This document shows positions 59,995 to 64,000 of a stretch of DNA of 64,000 bases, in pieces. Under the pieces are notes generated by a model that was given only the letters and a program-made list of their open reading frames with translations, made no database searches and had not been told where the DNA came from. Location: positions 54,622,001 through 54,686,000 of the forward strand of contig OZ038378.1 in the NCBI GenBank assembly GCA_964036045.1. The letters run 5' to 3'. This stretch comes from Eutreptiella sp. 'Long Island Sound 2002'. Lineage: Eukaryota > Protista > Euglenida. Made by a program: the position numbers and the translations under genes. The stretch's first letter is position 1; each line of letters begins with the position of its first letter.

Positions 59995-60255
59995 AACCAT
60001 ACCATCACCAAAAACCTAACCCTAACCTTTGCAGCGAGTGGGCTTGGCCATGCTAGCCATGTTGATTGGGCTGAACAAGATCCCCCAAATTTCGTCCATG
60101 GCTGCTTTTGCCACATCATTGCTCTCCATTTTGGACCCCAACACTCACTCTGACCCTAGCCTAGGGTGCGAGCCAAGGCTAGGGTTAGGGCTAGGGTCAC
60201 CGAGCTGGTGGAACCAGTCTTGGTTTTATAACCCTTTTTAGGGTCTAGGGTGGAC
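59995..60255. repeat. Degenerate interstitial TTAGGG/CCCTAA-like repeats
   Basis: AACCTAACCCTAACC at about 60014 and GCTAGGGTTAGGGCTAGGGTC at about 60178. Further variants lie at 61446-61515. Confidence 0.5.
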
Positions 60256-60275
60256 CTACCAGGTTTAGCAGCAAC

Positions 60276-60306
<31 letters not shown>

Positions 60307-61247
60307 GCACGCGCGAAATGAGGAAAAAATTAGAATTCCGTCGTGGTGCTTCAGATTCGGGTGAAATTTTGGTGCATGATACCTATGGGTGTGAAGTACA
60401 ATCACACAAAGTTTGAGCAAGAAACTCAACGGTGGCGGCCGGGAACGGGATTCGCAAGTGGCGGACCCCAGTTTCAAAAGCTGCAGTTTAGGGCCAAAAA
60501 CGGCCATTTTTGGGCCAAAAAAGCCCTGCATCACATTCAAAACGGCCAAACAAAGGGAAAGGGTGGGTACACTGCACGTGCGCCTTGACTTTCCCGTGCC
60601 AACGAGCCCTTTGCGGCCCTCTAACTCCATGATATGTCCCGGAAATGGCCCAAAAAGGCCCCAAGAAGCTCCAAATGCCGACAGCCACAAACCAACAATA
60701 GGCCATATCTTTGGCTACATGGCTCAAAATGTGAGTCCGAGGGCACCTAGTCCACCCGCAACCCCCCACTTTTTGTGGTTTCCACCCCTCAGAATTGCCC
60801 AAACGGACACCTAGACCCCAATACCTAGGCCCACTAGGCTGCGGCAAGCTGCAAGCTCAAGCCCAACCAGGTTGGTGCCGAAATGGGCCAACAGGGTCCA
60901 GTAGGGGCAAAAAGATGACTGTTCCCAAAAATGATCGTAGACCATATGCGACGCTAAAACAAGTGTTTTTGGACCGTTTTGAGCTTGTGGTGGCCCATTT
61001 TGGTCCTCCGAAAATCCCAAAATGCCTTGAAAATGGGCTGTTTTGGGACCCAAAATGGGTCAAAAATGCATTTTTCCGAACCTCATCCTAGACCGTTTGG
61101 GGTGCACAAACGGGTGAAATGAGCCCATTTTGAGCCCATTTTGCGGCATTTTGGCCCCTCAGAAGTCCAAAGAGCGTTGAAAGTGGGCCTCGTGGCGTGG
61201 TGATGGGGCTCACTTGCAAGCTGATTTCACTTTGTCAAGAGCCATCA

Positions 61248-61450
61248 ATGTGTGAATCAGTCTTGATGTCCCTCACCAGTCATAGCTGATGTTCCCTCCC
61301 CCACCAGCTCGGTCCCAATATTCAGTCTTGATAGGGTCACCGAGCTGTCTATCAGCGGCCTTGAATGTGTGACTCATTCGTGTCCCTCACCATTCATAGC
61401 TGATGTTCCCTCCCCCACCAGCTCGGCCCCAATATTGAGTCTTGATTAGG
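61248..61450. repeat. Direct duplication of about 85 bp, period about 117 bp
   Basis: GTCCCTCACCA.TCATAGCTGATGTTCCCTCCCCACCAGCTCGG.CCCAATATT.AGTCTTGAT occurs at about 61269 and about 61383. Confidence 0.85.
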
Positions 61451-62149
61451 GTTAGGTGTAGGGATAGGAGTAGGCTGAGGGTTGGGGGTGGGTGTTAGAG
61501 TCAAGGTTGGGTTTAAGGATAGTGTTGTGGTGCAAATTGGACAAAAATTTCCTTAGGGAACCTTTGGTGTTCATATAGCATCGGGCGCCTTAGGCGCCCA
61601 TGGAGGCTTGAGGGCGACACCTTTGGCAACTAACTGTTGGCCGAAGGCCCCTGGAGGGGAGGGGGGGGGGGGGCAGGGGTAGTTGGCGTCCCAGGACCCG
61701 CGGAGTCGCCCCCCCCCGTGGCAGGGGTTGGCAGGTGGTACTTTAGGTGCGTGTATTGCGCCCCCCTCCCCGTGACCCTTTGGGGGTTGTGGGGGGGTGC
61801 TTTTAGCCTCTGCCTTTTGTGTCTCTTTCTCTGTTGCTTTGGACGGGCATAGAACGCCACAGACCTGCACTGTGGCATACCTGACTTTTTGAGACTGAGT
61901 TTACCATGTGACATGCACTCCTTGCATTTTTTTTTGGACCAAGGTGTGTCGGGAGTGTGGGACATGCACAGACTAGCACTGCGAAGCACAAAATTATACC
62001 TTTTCACCCTTTCCAGTGCCATACTTTTGATTCCCCCTGATACCTTGTTGTATGAGACACGCACTTCATGCGTCTTTTCGCTGACCATGGCTTGTTGGGG
62101 GCGGAGGGCGCGCACATAGTAACCAGGCGAAGCACATAACTGCAATACC

Positions 62150-63440
62150 TCAGCTCTTGGTCCGGTTTCACCGTTATTTTTCAGCGTTCATCTATTGACA
62201 TCTTTGCTCTCTACAAAGTGAGAGACCACGGCTCCGTCTCAACGAGCAAAGCGAAAGCTGCCTCAACCCTGCCTTCTCGAGGATCACCAACGCTAAGTGC
62301 GGGGAGCAAAAGCAGAAGTGGCTGCCTTTCCCTTGCCTTCTTGGGGGCTCAAAAGAGGGCGGAGATGCTATGTCACCCTTGCATTCTCGGGGATCCCTAA
62401 CAAAGGGGAACAAAGAAAGAAGTGGTCCCCAAAAAAGGGGAACAAAATCACAGGTGGCTCCCTCACCCCTGCCATCTCGGGGGCCCAAAAGTGGGTGGGA
62501 ATGCTATGCGTTCTCGGGGATCACCAACGCTACACGCAAGGAGAAAAATCAGAAATGGCCGCCTCATCCATACCTTCTCGGGGGCCCAAAAGAGGGCGGA
62601 AATGCTACGCCACCCCTGCATTCTTGGGTGTCCCCAACAAACGGGAACAAAACTAGAAGTGGCTGCCTCACCCCTGCCTTCTCGCGGGCCCAAGAGAGGG
62701 CAGAAATGCTATGTCACCCTTGCATTTTCGGGGAACCCCAACGCCAAGCGGGGGGAGCAAAATCGGAAGTGCCCCCCCAAAAAGGGGAACAAAATGAGAA
62801 GTGGCTGCCTCACCCGTGCCTTCTCGGGGCCCAAAAAATGGGCGGAAATGCTACATAACGCCTGCATTCCCACGTATCCCCAATGCCAAGCGCGGGGAGC
62901 AAAATCGGAAGTGGCCCCCTAAAAGGGGGAACAAAATGAGAAGTGGATGCCTCACCCTTGCCTTCTCGGGGGCCCAAAAATGGGCGGATATGCTACGTAA
63001 CCCCTACATTGCCGGGCATCCCCAACGCCAAGCGCGTTGAGCAAAATAAGAAGTGCCCCAAGCAAGGGGGAAAAAATTAAAAGTGGCTGCCTTACCCTTG
63101 CCTTCTCGGGGGCCCAAAAGAGGACGGAAATGCTACGTAACCCTGCGTTCTCGGGGGTCCCCGAACAGGGGTTCAAAAAGGGCCCTCACCAGGCCAATGG
63201 AAACAAAGCCCATCACACAGGTCCTAGATAGTTTAGGGCAACCCTACAACCACCTTTCCTTAAGAGAGGGAAAAAAAAGAGGGTCTTAGGCAACGTCTTG
63301 GAGGGGCCCCTAAAGCTCCACAGTGGGGGGACAAAATCAAAAGTGGCCCACAAGTGGGCCCAGTGGCTCCATAACCCCTGCCGTCTAGGGGGGTCTCCGA
63401 TTGCTTCAGAGCGGGGGACAAGATCAGAAGTGGCCAACAA
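62150..63440 (+). repeat. Satellite-like element with units of about 103 and 141 bp
   Basis: The GTGGCTGCC anchor or a variant occurs at about 62317, 62453, 62555, 62658, 62800, 62942 and 63082. The head is shared with 38175-38245 (inverted) and 63740-63810. Confidence 0.9.
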
Positions 63441-63449
63441 GTAACCTGA

Positions 63450-63700
63450 AAGTTCTAAAGCCTAGTTATTTGTTTGGAGGTTCTGAAACCTAGTAAAGAC
63501 TGAAAAAATTTATTGGATTCTGAAACCTAGCAAAAACAAACACTTCTTGTTACTAGGTTTCACAACCTAGCAATTTTTTTTGGTTTTTACTAGGGTCTGA
63601 AACCTAGTAAAAAAGACTTTTTTTAATTAGGTTCCCGATACCTAGTAAAAACTAGTGAGCCTAGTAAACGGTTACCTCGCAAAAAAAAATTCAAAAATTT
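63450..63700. repeat. Cluster of GAAACCTAG(T)AAA motifs in both orientations, like subterminal repeats
   Basis: About 10 CCTAG/CTAGG motif copies in AT-rich sequence. Confidence 0.75.
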
Positions 63701-64000
63701 TTTACTATGTTTTACTACAGACCCGTTTATCAAGACGCATGTTGACCTGTTGACACCATCGCTCCATCAATGTGAAGACTACGGCCCCGGCTCAACATGC
63801 AAAGCGTGGTAGGGAAGTCTCACCGTTCTACTGTGGTTCAAGAGGAGGGGCGTTACTCCCTCGGCAAGAAGCAGCACAGCCCCAATACTGCCTCCGCCGC
63901 ATACCCCTTTGAAGCAAACCGACTATTCGCCCTTGAATGGATATCTTAACCGCCCATACAAACATATTGGCGGCTGTCAGAAGCGTTCCCAAGCCCACAG

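Noticed and set aside
62297-63289. Repetitive proteins of the SGCLTPAFSGAQKRAEM type
   Set aside because: These ORFs are open by chance in several frames of a tandem satellite; the same applies to 37604-38214.

Overview
Eukaryotic, GC-rich DNA dense in transposon remnants, with long G/C homopolymer runs, GT-AG introns and a 200-N assembly gap at 59795-59994. The repeat style resembles euglenid (Eutreptiella-like) assemblies, which is inference only. I found no intact host gene; nearly all coding sequence is decayed by stops and frameshifts. The dominant signal is a nest of at least five remnants of RAG1/Transib-like DDE transposases at 18.4-19.2, 23.7-25.4, 25.6-27.5, 44.0-45.5 and 54.4-55.5 kb. 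They form about three subfamilies whose termini share a CTAGA(A)GACC core. Two divergent elements (19170-28265 and 49494-55769) carry a homologous spliced partner gene downstream of the transposase, with two small beta-barrel-like (Tudor/royal-family-like) domains. Other contents: a 2OG-Fe(II) dioxygenase-like remnant, an AP2-like plus HhH-GPD glycosylase-like pseudogene, LINE pieces (RT, zinc knuckle, Ulp1-like protease, CCCH finger), DIRS-like RT/RNase H pieces, an unclassified DDE-like transposase, a TSD-flanked tRNA-derived SINE, a TA-flanked MITE, a 20-bp palindrome array and several satellites. All protein calls come from manual translation and remembered motifs; none was checked against a database.
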